The notes under the pieces: generated by a model
Databases searched by the model: none
Told to the model about the DNA's origin: nothing
What the model saw: the letters and a program-made list of their open reading frames with translations, nothing else
In this document: positions 10,500 to 19,418 of the stretch, piece after piece
How positions within the stretch are numbered: the stretch's first letter is position 1
Layout: each line of letters starts with the position of its first letter
Made by a program: the position numbers and the translations under genes
NCBI GenBank assembly: GCA_949284575.1
Contig: CASDWO010000026.1
Location: 1-57,671 of the forward strand
Source of the DNA: an uncultured bacterium
Lineage (GTDB): Bacteria > Bacillota_I > Bacilli_A > RF39 > UBA660
Direction of reading: 5' to 3'
Length of the DNA stretch: 57,671 bases

Positions 10500-10840
10500 T
10501 TTATTTAATTGAAAGTTTTAAAGAAGATAAAGATACTAGTGGTAAGAATAATCCTCCTTTAGCAGAAGAGGGAGTACAATTTGGAAAAAGATTAAAGTAT
10601 AAATATAAAGATCTTAAATTTAGTAAATGCTTTTCTTCATATAAGTTAAAAGATTTTAGTAGTGCTTTAATTCTTGTTGGTGATTATTTAATAGTAGAAA
10701 GATGTCATGAATTAGATAGTGATAGTGATATTTCTTCTTTTATAAAAAAACTTGATAAAGATAAAGATATTTTAATAGTTGCTGATAATAAAGTAATAAA
10801 AAAAATAAATAATTTGGTAAATAGTAAAATTTTATTGTAA
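10496..10840 (+). CDS. small histidine-phosphatase-like protein with the catalytic RHG motif replaced
   Basis: The N-terminus IYLIESFKE occupies the position of IYLIRHGE. PLxxxGxxxxxxL follows. 114 aa, 4-nt overlap with the upstream gene. Confidence 0.45.
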   Translation: MIYLIESFKEDKDTSGKNNPPLAEEGVQFGKRLKYKYKDLKFSKCFSSYKLKDFSSALILVGDYLIVERCHELDSDSDISSFIKKLDKDKDILIVADNKVIKKINNLVNSKILL

Positions 10841-10886
10841 TTTTTGATATTATGCGTTATTATATGCCTTGAAAGGAGGCCTAGGT

Positions 10887-11393
10887 ATGAATAGTGTTTA
10901 TAATGTTAAGGTATATTCTATAATACCAGGAAGAGTAACTTTAACTAGAAAAGATGATAAAATGTTTGATAAATTTGGTAATGTAGTTAATGAAACATGG
11001 GCTAATACTAATAATTGGTATTATCAAGGTAATTTGGATGTTTATTTTAGAAGTGATAAATGTTTGGATTTATATAGTGATGTAAATATTCCTGTTGTTA
11101 AATGTATATCTAAAGGTAAAAATAGTGATGAGAAAATATTTTTAGGTGATGATGCAAGTTTTTACTTTACTTATTTAGAAGATGATGTGCTTAATGATAT
11201 TAAAAATTATCAATTACTTACTAGAGAAGAAGTAAAGGCTATATTGCCTGTTGATGATGAAGATCATCAAGCAAAATGGATTAAAAATTATATGTGGTTA
11301 AAGAAAATATCTGAATATGCAAAACGTACTTATAATGGTGCTTGGATTGATTATTGTCGTCATCAAAGTAAAACTTTCTTTAAAAGTCGTTAG
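10887..11393 (+). CDS. hypothetical protein
   Basis: ATG 10887 follows aaaggagg. 168 aa, no recognised motif. Confidence 0.6.
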   Translation: MNSVYNVKVYSIIPGRVTLTRKDDKMFDKFGNVVNETWANTNNWYYQGNLDVYFRSDKCLDLYSDVNIPVVKCISKGKNSDEKIFLGDDASFYFTYLEDDVLNDIKNYQLLTREEVKAILPVDDEDHQAKWIKNYMWLKKISEYAKRTYNGAWIDYCRHQSKTFFKSR

Positions 11394-11403
11394 GTAAAAA
11401 AAG

Positions 11404-11443
11404 AGCTGCAACGAAATATAATAATTTCGCTACAGCTTTTTTT
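11404..11443 (+). terminator. intrinsic terminator
   Basis: Stem agctgcaacgaaat / atttcgctacagct with two mismatches, followed by T7. Confidence 0.7.
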
Positions 11444-11539
11444 ATATATAAGGAACGTTTTTTTACAAAAAACGAAAATATGTATTGACGAACATATATT
11501 TTATATGGTAAACTTAAATTACAAAGGGAGGTTTGATAT

Positions 11540-11596
11540 ATGAAAATATATAAAGCATATAAATTTAGGTGTGACTTAGTAGGTCGCATAATTTAG
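11540..11596 (+). pseudogene. relic of an IS200/IS605-family TnpB-like gene start (MKIYKAYKFR), interrupted after codon 10
   Basis: RBS aaagggagg followed by ATG. The first 10 residues match the common TnpB N-terminus (M.KAYKFR-[IL]YP). The reading frame then runs into GTGTG intron-like sequence and stops after 18 aa. Confidence 0.4.
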
Positions 11597-11760
11597 CAAG
11601 TGGGAATCCTGTCTAGTAAGGTGAACCCACACCACTAGTAACGAGTCTTGGAGCGAAAGCTGGTAAAAGTTAGTTTAAGCGTATACTTAGGTATTAGGGT
11701 TAGCATTGAGTCTCGAAATATATGCATACAATTAGAGTGCAGATGTAGTCTAAATCACAG
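11569..11760 (+). ncRNA. group II intron 5' fragment (domain I through EBS1), no domain V
   Basis: Starts GTGTG (GUGYG). It is collinear with the 45193 element in blocks (tagcaagtNg, cttggag-cgaa(a)g, ttagNtttaagcgta, gatgtNNt-[EBS1]-cacag). CTAAAT (11750-11755) is complementary to the 6 nt preceding the element (ATTTAG, 11563-11568). The 3' boundary is approximate. Confidence 0.6.
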
Positions 11761-11851
11761 AATGCAATTATTTGAAGGATTAAGGTTGCACTATAAATTA
11801 GTTAATGTAGTTTAGATAATGTTTTAGATGAAAAAATAAACAGATTATTGA

Positions 11852-11939
11852 GTACGGTAGTGACTATCGGAATTTAAGCCTATGGAGAATAGGGAATACT
11901 CTATCTGTGAAGTAGGAATCCTTGGAGGTAACGACAAGG
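11852..11939 (+). repeat. 88-nt conserved core, copy 1 (85/88 identical to 32063-32150)
   Basis: gtacggtagtgactatcggaatttaagcctatggagaatagggaatactctatctgtgaagtaggaatccttggaggtaacgacaagg. It contains the hairpin cctat-ggaga-atagg and is followed by the 9-bp hairpin gaaataaaa/ttttatttc (11942-11963) and T4. Confidence 0.85.
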
Positions 11940-11956
11940 GTGAAATAAAATTTATT

Positions 11957-12643
11957 TTATTTCTTTTGTTCTAAGCTTGTTAGTGATACATCATCTAGAT
12001 CTAGTGATTGATTTTCATTTGCTTCAACAGTAAATTCTATTTTAATTGCAGTAGTTCCAGCAGGAGCTTGTGAAGTAATTAATCTATAGTATGCAAAATC
12101 ACGGTTACTGTTAGTAATATCTTGAGATCTTACCATAATATTACCACCAAGAACATCGCAAGAATTAGTTATAAATATTACATTAGCATTTAGTGATACT
12201 TGTGCACCTTCTCCTCTTGCGAAGAAACTTAATTCATAAAAACAACCTGGTTCTATATTGTTTATTACCTGAGATAGTGTTGAATCATCTTCTATGTTGA
12301 CAGACCAATTTCCTGAATGAACTCTTCCTTGACTGTTTTCTGATGTTATATTGTCTGGATTTGAGAATAACCAGCCAGTTGGTTTATCATCGATAACAAT
12401 TTCCATTCCGCCATTTATTATTAGTTCGCCTCTAGATACACATGAGCATGTACAATTTCTAGTAGGACCAGCAGGGCCTGTTGCACCTGTAGCTCCAGTT
12501 GGTCCAGTAGGGCCTGTTGCTCCTCTTGGACCAGTAGGACCAGTGCAGTTATTAGTATTAGCTAGACATTTAACAACTTCACAAAGGCAGTTATCGTTTT
12601 TATCTTTACACTCTTTATTTTTGTTATCATTATAAAAAATCAT
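11957..12643 (-). CDS. collagen-like triple-helix repeat protein, exosporium/spore-surface type, with a C-terminal carbohydrate-binding-like domain
   Basis: A Cys-rich N-terminus is followed by 9 G-X-Y triplets (GPTGPRGATGPTGPTGATGATGPAGPT), then a ~150-aa beta-rich domain ending ...LDLDDVSLT (CBM4_9-like pattern). RBS aaggagg lies upstream. Confidence 0.75.
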   Translation of the reverse strand: MIFYNDNKNKECKDKNDNCLCEVVKCLANTNNCTGPTGPRGATGPTGPTGATGATGPAGPTRNCTCSCVSRGELIINGGMEIVIDDKPTGWLFSNPDNITSENSQGRVHSGNWSVNIEDDSTLSQVINNIEPGCFYELSFFARGEGAQVSLNANVIFITNSCDVLGGNIMVRSQDITNSNRDFAYYRLITSQAPAGTTAIKIEFTVEANENQSLDLDDVSLTSLEQKK

Positions 12644-12718
12644 ATTTACCTCCTTTGTTATATGTTATGTCTTATAAAAAAAGTTAAATAATTAATGTGT
12701 TTAATATTTTTAATTTAA

Positions 12719-12754
12719 TAAAAAAATCAAGGATTTGTTAGTTTTATCCTTGAT
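12719..12754 (-). terminator. rpsD terminator
   Basis: Stem atcaaggat/atccttgat, followed by a T-run on the minus strand. Confidence 0.75.
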
Positions 12755-12765
12755 TAGTTTATTTT

Positions 12766-13368
12766 CTATTTGTTATAGAATTCAACGATTAATGATTCAT
12801 CGATATCCATGTTAAGTTCATTTCTTTCAGGATATCTAACATATGTACCTTCTTTTTTGTTATCATCAAAAGTTACATATTCTACACGTTTAGTTACTTT
12901 ACTTAAAGCTTCATTAGCAGCTTTATGATCTTTAGAATTTTCTTTTAAAGCAATAACACTTCCTGGTTTAACTCTGTATGATGGGATATCAACTTTTTTA
13001 CCATTTACAGTAACATGTCCATGGTTTACAAGTTGTCTTGCTCCACGACGAGTAGTAGCAAAGCCCATACGATATACTAAGTTATCAAGGCGTGATTCTA
13101 ATAAAATTAAGAAGTTAGTACCATGAACACCAGGCATTTTCTTAGCTTCATCAAAAGTTTTACGGAATTGTTTTTCATTAATTTCATACATGAAACGTAA
13201 TTTTTGTTTTTCTTTTAATTGAACTCCGTAATCACTTGGTTTACCATGTCTAGCATTACCATGTTGACCAGGACCATAAGGCTTTTTAGCTAATTCTTTA
13301 CCAGTTTCACTAGTAGAAAATCCAACTCTTCTAGCTTTTTTGTAACTAGGACCTGTATATCTAGCCAT
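12766..13368 (-). CDS. rpsD: 30S ribosomal protein S4
   Basis: [18 protein letters not shown]... is the canonical S4 N-terminus. The track ORF is extended 18 codons upstream of this Met. RBS aaaggagaaaaa lies upstream. Confidence 0.95.
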   Translation of the reverse strand: MARYTGPSYKKARRVGFSTSETGKELAKKPYGPGQHGNARHGKPSDYGVQLKEKQKLRFMYEINEKQFRKTFDEAKKMPGVHGTNFLILLESRLDNLVYRMGFATTRRGARQLVNHGHVTVNGKKVDIPSYRVKPGSVIALKENSKDHKAANEALSKVTKRVEYVTFDDNKKEGTYVRYPERNELNMDIDESLIVEFYNK

Positions 13369-13629
13369 TTGTTTTTCTCCTTTCTTTATTATTTGCATTT
13401 CCTTGATTTTTGTTTTCACCAATTATTCAGGGAGTATTTCTTTCACTTTACAGCACAAAAGTTACTATAAATTTAGAAAACACATTGAATAATGTAAAAC
13501 ATTGCTGTAAGCTATTTCAAGTTAATATGCTCTAATATCATATTATGAAAAGTTATTTTTGTCAATACAAAAAATAAGTAGATTTCAAGGAGAGTTTATG
13601 ATATGATGTTATAGTAGAAGGTGATAGTA

Positions 13630-15345
13630 ATGAAGGGGACATCGTTATTTATTATTAGTGTAGTAATAGTATTATTAATAATTGTTATTGTTACTATTAC
13701 CATTTTTAAGAAAAAAAGAAAAAACTATTATCAAAAAGTTTATGATGATTTAGAACGGGGAAAAAACTTAATTGGTAGTACACCAGTGTTATTAGAACTT
13801 TCTAAATTAGAACCTATCGTTAAAAATGAGAAAATGGAAGAAAAATATCAAAAATGGGAAGAGAGATTTGAAATAATTAAAAATGAAGAACTTCCTAAGA
13901 TTGATGATATGTTAATAGAATTAGATACTTTAATTGATAAAAAAGAATATAAAACAGCAAGATTTAGAATTGCTAAATGTGAAATGGAACTTTATAAAGT
14001 AAGAGAACAAGCTGATGATTTATTAGATCAAATTAAAGAGATAACTTTAAGTGAAGAAAAGTATCGTAGTATTATTAGTAAGTTAAAGACAAAGTATCGT
14101 TCCTTAAATAAAGAATATAATGAACATAAGAATCTTTATGAAGAGATGGCAGAAGCGATTGAATTACAACTTGAAAATATTGAGAAAAGATTCTTAGAGT
14201 TTGAGAAAGATATGGATGAGAATTTATATAGTGAAGTTGTTCATATCGTTAAAGCTTTAGATACGATGATAGAGCATATGACAATTGTTGTTTCTGAAGT
14301 TCCTGATTTAATGCTTATGTGTAAACAGCTTATTCCTAAGAGAATTAAAGAAATTGAAGATATTAGTAAAGAGATGATGGAAAAGGGATATCCTATTGAA
14401 TATTTAAATCTTGATTATAACTTAGAAGAATCTCGTAAAAATGTTAATATTATTCTTGATAGGATTAAAGTTTTAAATCTTGAAGATTGTATGTTTGAAC
14501 TTAAGACTATTCTTGATTATTTAGATAGTATTTTTGTAGATTTTGAAAAAGAGAGATTGTCACGTAAGGTATATGAAGAAAGTATTAAAGATTTTGCTAA
14601 GAAGTTAAAGAAAACTAATAAAATTGTTACTGATATATATGAACAATTAGATGATATTAAAAACATGTATGATTTAAACGAAGATGATGTTAATATTATT
14701 AATGAAGTTAATAAAGATTTAACTTTAATTAAAGATGATTATAAAAATATTATTGATAGGGTTAATAATAAAGCGACACCATTTTCTTTACTTACTAAAG
14801 AGGTCGATGAATTAACTGTTAAATTAAAACAAACAGAAGTGACATTAGATGTAGCTTTGAAATCACTTGGTAATATGTATGAAGATGAACAAAGAGCTAG
14901 AGAACAACTTAATGAAATTGATAAATTATTAAGAGAATGTAAAGAAAAGATGAGAGAGTTTAAACTACCAGTAATTAGTGATAATTACTTTGTAGAATTA
15001 AATGAAGCGAATGAAGCTATTTTAGAAGTAGTAAAAGAATTATCTAAGAAACCTATTGTTATTAAGACTCTTAATACAAGAGTTGATACAGCTAGAGATT
15101 TAGTTTTGAAATTATATAATACAACTTTAAATATGATTAATAAAGCTAAATTAAGTGAGATGGCTATTGTTTATGGTAATAGATATAGATTTATACATGA
15201 AGATATTAATCGTGGTTTAGAAAGAGCAACTAACTTATTTTTTAAAGGTAATTATGATAGTTCTTTAAAGGTATGTATAGATACTTTAAAATTAATCAAT
15301 GATGATATTGAAGGAAAGTTGAAGAGTTATGAGAATAAAGCTTAA
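13630..15345 (+). CDS. ezrA: septation ring formation regulator EzrA
   Basis: A single N-terminal TM is followed by ~540 aa of coiled-coil-rich sequence. Size (~570 aa) and the rpsD neighbourhood match Bacilli. ATG 13630 follows gaaggtg. Confidence 0.75.
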   Translation: MKGTSLFIISVVIVLLIIVIVTITIFKKKRKNYYQKVYDDLERGKNLIGSTPVLLELSKLEPIVKNEKMEEKYQKWEERFEIIKNEELPKIDDMLIELDTLIDKKEYKTARFRIAKCEMELYKVREQADDLLDQIKEITLSEEKYRSIISKLKTKYRSLNKEYNEHKNLYEEMAEAIELQLENIEKRFLEFEKDMDENLYSEVVHIVKALDTMIEHMTIVVSEVPDLMLMCKQLIPKRIKEIEDISKEMMEKGYPIEYLNLDYNLEESRKNVNIILDRIKVLNLEDCMFELKTILDYLDSIFVDFEKERLSRKVYEESIKDFAKKLKKTNKIVTDIYEQLDDIKNMYDLNEDDVNIINEVNKDLTLIKDDYKNIIDRVNNKATPFSLLTKEVDELTVKLKQTEVTLDVALKSLGNMYEDEQRAREQLNEIDKLLRECKEKMREFKLPVISDNYFVELNEANEAILEVVKELSKKPIVIKTLNTRVDTARDLVLKLYNTTLNMINKAKLSEMAIVYGNRYRFIHEDINRGLERATNLFFKGNYDSSLKVCIDTLKLINDDIEGKLKSYENKA

Positions 15346-15952
15346 TGAAAAGGGAAAAGGTAGTTATGAATTTTTAACAGTGGTAGTAGTGTGTTTAGGG
15401 TTATCTGCTATTGTTTTAGCTATTGCTATTAGAAATAGTGAAGAGGAGAAATTTCAGGTATTTAGATATAATGCTAAAACAGTAGGGATAAATGCTATTA
15501 ATTATAATAATGTTACTGTTGAAGATACTATCTATTTGTATGAAATGATCGATAAAAACTTAGTTACTAATATAAAAAATAACTTTACTGGGGATGAATT
15601 TTGTGATCCTTATGCTTCAAAAGTAGAGTTTGTAAATGATAATAAATTAGTTACTTTAAAATGTGGTAATTATTTGATTTATCAACAAGAAATTACAGAT
15701 AAAGAATATAGTATATATCGAGTTAGTAATTGGACTTTTGATAAATTAGAAGGTAATAATGTCGATACTAATAAAGTTTATGCTTTAATATTAGGAGATA
15801 AAAATGTTTTTGGAAGTTATTATGAAGAAGATTTATTTTTAAAGTTAGTTAGTTCTAAGTATGGTAAAAAGTATGATTCTTTAAAGAACATAAAAAAAGA
15901 TTTTACGGTTAAGAGTAAAACTGTTTATCGAAAAAGAAAATTAGTTGATTAG
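15329..15952 (+). CDS. hypothetical membrane-anchored protein
   Basis: One N-terminal TM (FLTVVVVCLGLSAIVLAIAI). The start overlaps the ezrA end. The prepilin-like appearance is not convincing. Confidence 0.6.
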   Translation: MRIKLNEKGKGSYEFLTVVVVCLGLSAIVLAIAIRNSEEEKFQVFRYNAKTVGINAINYNNVTVEDTIYLYEMIDKNLVTNIKNNFTGDEFCDPYASKVEFVNDNKLVTLKCGNYLIYQQEITDKEYSIYRVSNWTFDKLEGNNVDTNKVYALILGDKNVFGSYYEEDLFLKLVSSKYGKKYDSLKNIKKDFTVKSKTVYRKRKLVD

Positions 15953-15978
15953 AAGATGTAAAATTTCTAATCTTTTTT
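15947..15978 (+). terminator. intrinsic terminator
   Basis: Stem gattagaa/ttctaatc followed by T6. Confidence 0.75.
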
Positions 15979-16026
15979 AATTCTTTTATTTTTTTCATGA
16001 TATAATAGAAGTGATAGGAGGTAATA

Positions 16027-16710
16027 ATGAATAATAATAAAGAAAAAGATTTTTTTGATAGTCCATCAATGATAACTTATATTATTATTGGCTTGTTAAT
16101 TATTTTAATAATTTTATCACAGTCTTTTGCTATTCAAAATAATTTAGGAGCAAAAGAGATATTTACATCTATTATTAATTATAATAGTGTTTATTTAGTT
16201 AGTTTAGGTTATTTTATCTTGATTAGATTTAAAATAGGAAAGAGATATTTTGATTATTTAAATGTTGTTTTATTTGTTTTCTATTTATTATCAACCTTTG
16301 CTAGTTTATTTACCATTTTTCAATCTTTTGGATTTGATTCATTACTTTCATTAGCATTTAATGTTTTAATTACTCTTTATTTTGGTTATTCTTTCTTTAC
16401 TAATACTGTTATAGGTAGAGAATTAAAACTTTCTAATAGTCCACTTGCTGAGATAAATAATGGACAATACTATTATTTATTAATGGGTATTATAGTAGTT
16501 AGTTTAATTGTAGCACTTATATCAGTTAATAGTTTTGAAGATGTTGTAGTTTATCTTTTAGAATTTATGTATCAAGCACTATTAGTTAGATATATTTATC
16601 TTTATAAAGAGTTTATTGATCATAAAGAATTAGAGAAAACTAGTGAAAAAAAAGATAAGATTGTAAAAAATAAAAGAAGTAAGAAAGTCAAGGAAAGTGA
16701 TGGTGAATAA
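16027..16710 (+). CDS. hypothetical polytopic membrane protein
   Basis: About 5 hydrophobic segments and a Lys-rich C-terminus. RBS ataggaggt lies upstream. Confidence 0.65.
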   Translation: MNNNKEKDFFDSPSMITYIIIGLLIILIILSQSFAIQNNLGAKEIFTSIINYNSVYLVSLGYFILIRFKIGKRYFDYLNVVLFVFYLLSTFASLFTIFQSFGFDSLLSLAFNVLITLYFGYSFFTNTVIGRELKLSNSPLAEINNGQYYYLLMGIIVVSLIVALISVNSFEDVVVYLLEFMYQALLVRYIYLYKEFIDHKELEKTSEKKDKIVKNKRSKKVKESDGE

Positions 16711-17054
16711 TGAGAGATTTATTTGATGAAATTTATGATGAAAGAAAAGAATTACCTAAATTAAAAAAGATAAGTAATGAAGTGCAAAAGAAAAGAGAAT
16801 ATAATTTTTATCAACAGTTGGCAGTTTGTTTATTTATTTTTCTTTTTATTGCAGGTGTTGTTATGGGAAATTTATTTCCAGCTTGTAGTGAAACATCAGC
16901 TTTATTTTCTAGTTGTACTAAGACAGAATATAATTTATCATTAACTTTGTTGTGTTGGCTTTTTAGTTTTGTTTTTTGTAGTCTTATATATGGTTTAGGA
17001 GAGATTATTAAGTTACTTAATGTAATTGCAACTAATACTAGTAAGGATAGGTGA
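16710..17054 (+). CDS. hypothetical small membrane protein
   Basis: Two TM segments. The start overlaps the previous stop (ATGA). Confidence 0.6.
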   Translation: MRDLFDEIYDERKELPKLKKISNEVQKKREYNFYQQLAVCLFIFLFIAGVVMGNLFPACSETSALFSSCTKTEYNLSLTLLCWLFSFVFCSLIYGLGEIIKLLNVIATNTSKDR

Positions 17055-17059
17055 TTTTT

Positions 17060-18010
17060 ATGGATCGTAGAACAGAAATTATTGATTTTAAAAAAGTTTC
17101 TAATATTGAATTAAGAAAAGCAGCAGTAGCTAGAAGAAAAAGAAAGATGATGATTAAAAGAATTAGAAAGATTGGTCTTGTTTTAGGAGTTGTTGCAGGT
17201 CTTGGAGTTACAGGTAGTTTTATTTCTAAAAAGATGGAACCAAGAGAGGCAATTACTGCTGATAGTTTAGATAATAATACTAATGTTGATTCTAGTTTGG
17301 ATGATGAGTATTTAATTAGTGCAATGGATACAAGTCTTGATATGAATGTTGTTTTAGTTGATGATGGAATTGGTAGTATAAAGTTAGAGAATGTTAAGGA
17401 TGGATTAGAGAGTTTAGGATTAGATGTTGATACAAGAAGTATTGATAATCTTAATAGTAATGGAACTGAAACTTTTATTTCTTTAACTAGTTATAAAGGG
17501 GAAGAGGCTAAAGTTATTGGTAATTATAATGCTGGTAATAGTCAAGCTGATTTGTTAGCTTTATCAATGGTTTCTTCTTTAAAAGAAGGAAATATTACGG
17601 GCTTTGATATTCAAAGAGGTGTTCATCAATATAGTGATGGTATTACAAAGATGGTTCCTTCAGATATTGAAAAGAAAACGGATGGATCAATGATTCCTAC
17701 TGTAACTATTGCTGTACCAGAGGATAAAGATATGGATGCTATTTCTATTGCTCAAGGACTTGCTCGTTATAATGATTATTTTGAAAAAGGTAATTCAGTT
17801 TATGATGCTAATTATTTATTGAGATTAAATCCAGGAGAAAATGTAACTGATGAAGTAAGATTTCTTAATGGAATGAGTAATAGTGATAATGGCTCAACGG
17901 AAGTGATATATTTAGCTTCTAAGTTACCTAAAATGTTTGATCCTGCCGCTAAAGTTTTGATTGTTACAACAATTGATAATACTAATACTAGTGAAAGAAC
18001 ATTAAAATAA
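17060..18010 (+). CDS. hypothetical membrane-anchored protein, possibly with a degenerate amidase_3-like domain
   Basis: ATG 17060 lies 8 nt after aaggatagg. There is one TM. Weak resemblance to an N-acetylmuramoyl-L-alanine amidase layout (VVLVDDG..., TFISLTSY...), but the His/Glu metal ligands are not evident. Confidence 0.5.
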   Translation: MDRRTEIIDFKKVSNIELRKAAVARRKRKMMIKRIRKIGLVLGVVAGLGVTGSFISKKMEPREAITADSLDNNTNVDSSLDDEYLISAMDTSLDMNVVLVDDGIGSIKLENVKDGLESLGLDVDTRSIDNLNSNGTETFISLTSYKGEEAKVIGNYNAGNSQADLLALSMVSSLKEGNITGFDIQRGVHQYSDGITKMVPSDIEKKTDGSMIPTVTIAVPEDKDMDAISIAQGLARYNDYFEKGNSVYDANYLLRLNPGENVTDEVRFLNGMSNSDNGSTEVIYLASKLPKMFDPAAKVLIVTTIDNTNTSERTLK

Positions 18011-18011
18011 A

Positions 18012-18995
18012 ATGCGTGATGATATTTTAGCAATTCCTAAGATTGTTTTGCATTTACATTTAGATGGATCTTTGGATTTAGATTTAGCATATAAGTGGTT
18101 AATGGAGAAGGGGTATAATTATACTTTTGATGAAGTTAAAAAGATGATGCAAGTAGATAAAGATTGTAAGTCATTGAATGATTATCTAGATAAATTTGCT
18201 TTACCTCTTTCGCTATTACAAACAAAAGAACATTTAGAACTTGCAACTTATAAGCTTATTAAGAAACTTAAAGAAGCAGGAGTCGTATATTTTGAAATTA
18301 GATTTGCTCCTATTAAGCATTTAGATGATGGATTAAGTCTTGATGAAGTAGTTGAAGCGGTATTAAGAGGTCGTGCTAGAGCTTTAGAAGATTTTAATAT
18401 TTATGGTGGTATTATTCTTTGTTGTATGCGAGATAGTAATACAAATGATAATTTGAAAATTGTTGATTTAACTCTTAAGTATCTAAATAATGGTGTTGTT
18501 GGACTTGATTTAGCAGGAGCGGAGACTTTATATAAGACAGAAGATTTTAAAGATATTTTTATGTATGCTAAAAAGTTAAAAATTCCTTTTACTATTCATG
18601 CTGGAGAAGCTGCTGGTGTTGATAGTATAAATAAGGCTTTGGATTTTGGAGCAAAAAGATTAGGACATGGGGTTAGATGTATTTATGATAATAAGACTTT
18701 AGAACGAATAAAGAATATGAAGATTTTGTTAGAAGTCTGTGTTACTAGTAATTATCAAACTCTAGCAGTTAAGGGAGATCATCCCATTGAAGCTTTATAT
18801 AAAGATGGGGTTAATATTTCTATTAATACTGATAATGATACTGTTTCTAATATAGATATTATTTCAGAATATAAGAGAATTCTTAAGGAGACTTCTTTAT
18901 CTTTAGAAGATTTAAAAAAATGTAATTACAATTCTATTCCTTATTTATTTGCTAGTGATGAGATTAAAGATAGAATAAGAGAGTTTTTTAATTAA
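18012..18995 (+). CDS. add: adenosine deaminase
   Basis: LHLHLDGS metal-binding motif, HAGE, and the SINTDND-like C-terminal motif (ISINTDNDT). Confidence 0.9.
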   Translation: MRDDILAIPKIVLHLHLDGSLDLDLAYKWLMEKGYNYTFDEVKKMMQVDKDCKSLNDYLDKFALPLSLLQTKEHLELATYKLIKKLKEAGVVYFEIRFAPIKHLDDGLSLDEVVEAVLRGRARALEDFNIYGGIILCCMRDSNTNDNLKIVDLTLKYLNNGVVGLDLAGAETLYKTEDFKDIFMYAKKLKIPFTIHAGEAAGVDSINKALDFGAKRLGHGVRCIYDNKTLERIKNMKILLEVCVTSNYQTLAVKGDHPIEALYKDGVNISINTDNDTVSNIDIISEYKRILKETSLSLEDLKKCNYNSIPYLFASDEIKDRIREFFN

Positions 18996-19237
18996 AAAAA
19001 GGCTGCCGAGCAATTATTTAATTTCTTGACAGCCCTAAATTTATTATTCGATGATATTGAAATAAAAATGTATGAAGTAGATAGGCGTTTATTAAATGTT
19101 AAAAATATTTATAAATATTTAATAAATTCTAAAATATTAGAGGAATATTAAGAAGTTTTTCTAAATTTGATGCTTTGTGCAATTTGGGAATGAATGTTAA
19201 TAATATTTCTAAAAAGAAAATTTAAATATGAACTTAT

Positions 19238-19266
19238 TTGACAAGTACATATCTATATGCTATTAT
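19238..19266 (+). promoter_or_regulatory. sigma-A type promoter of the leader/ABC exporter transcript
   Basis: TTGACA (19238-19243), 17 nt, TATTAT (19261-19266). Confidence 0.6.
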
Positions 19267-19295
19267 TATGTCACTTGAAAGGAAGAGTGATTAGG

Positions 19296-19352
19296 ATGAG
19301 ACTTTTAGTTACTAATGTAAATAAAACTATTTATGACATATTTTTACAGTAG
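19296..19352 (+). CDS. candidate 18-aa leader peptide (MRLLVTNVNKTIYDIFLQ)
   Basis: ATG lies 6-8 nt after ggaagag/tagg. Its stop codon lies inside the AGTAGTT segment that duplicates the 3' arm of the downstream terminator. Confidence 0.45.
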   Translation: MRLLVTNVNKTIYDIFLQ

Positions 19353-19394
19353 TAGTTAAAATACTTCTTATCCTTTTAATGTGATATTTATGAG

Positions 19395-19418
19395 AACTAC
19401 TTTACAGTAGTTTTTTTG
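19395..19418 (+). terminator. attenuator terminator immediately upstream of the ABC exporter start
   Basis: Stem aactact/agtagtt (7 bp) with loop ttac, followed by T7. The hairpin 3' arm ends 23 nt (T-run 17 nt) before GTG 19435. Confidence 0.65.

Larger units (their letters stand above)
11481..11967 (+). mobile_element. composite relic A: conserved promoter-like 5' module, TnpB-like start, group II intron fragment, 88-nt conserved 3' core and hairpin
   Basis: The 5' module and 3' core are shared with 31957-32175. The element is visibly more G+C-rich than its flanks and has no long ORF. Confidence 0.5.

Noticed and set aside
11380-11589. 69-aa minus-strand ORF
   Set aside because: It spans a plus-strand terminator, the conserved promoter-like module and the TnpB-like start. 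It has no RBS and low-complexity content.
11481-11967. Alternative reading of elements A and C as IStron-like group I intron chimeras, or as a riboswitch
   Set aside because: I could not recognise group I P3/P7 or any known riboswitch core. The 5' part of element A clearly matches the group II element instead. Element A has no plus-strand gene immediately downstream (a minus-strand collagen-like gene abuts its 3' end), and the conserved core of element C is separated from pta by two terminator-like hairpins.
12351-12635. 94-aa plus-strand ORF rich in GPV/APV repeats
   Set aside because: It is the antisense reading of the collagen-like GXY repeat region. It has no RBS, and the minus-strand gene has a proper RBS, N-terminus and C-terminal domain.
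17812-18033. Minus-strand 73-aa ORF, and similar short antisense ORFs at 21132-21329, 22591-22833, 30551-30769, 32944-33159, 36916-37167, 55946-56164 and 57072-57311
   Set aside because: All are embedded antisense in longer, motif-supported genes, and none has a plausible RBS.
18996-19237. Long AT-rich intergenic region after add
   Set aside because: Apart from a GGCTG/CAGCC hairpin after add, I found no conserved motif, repeat or ORF. It is treated as an ordinary spacer or promoter-upstream region.
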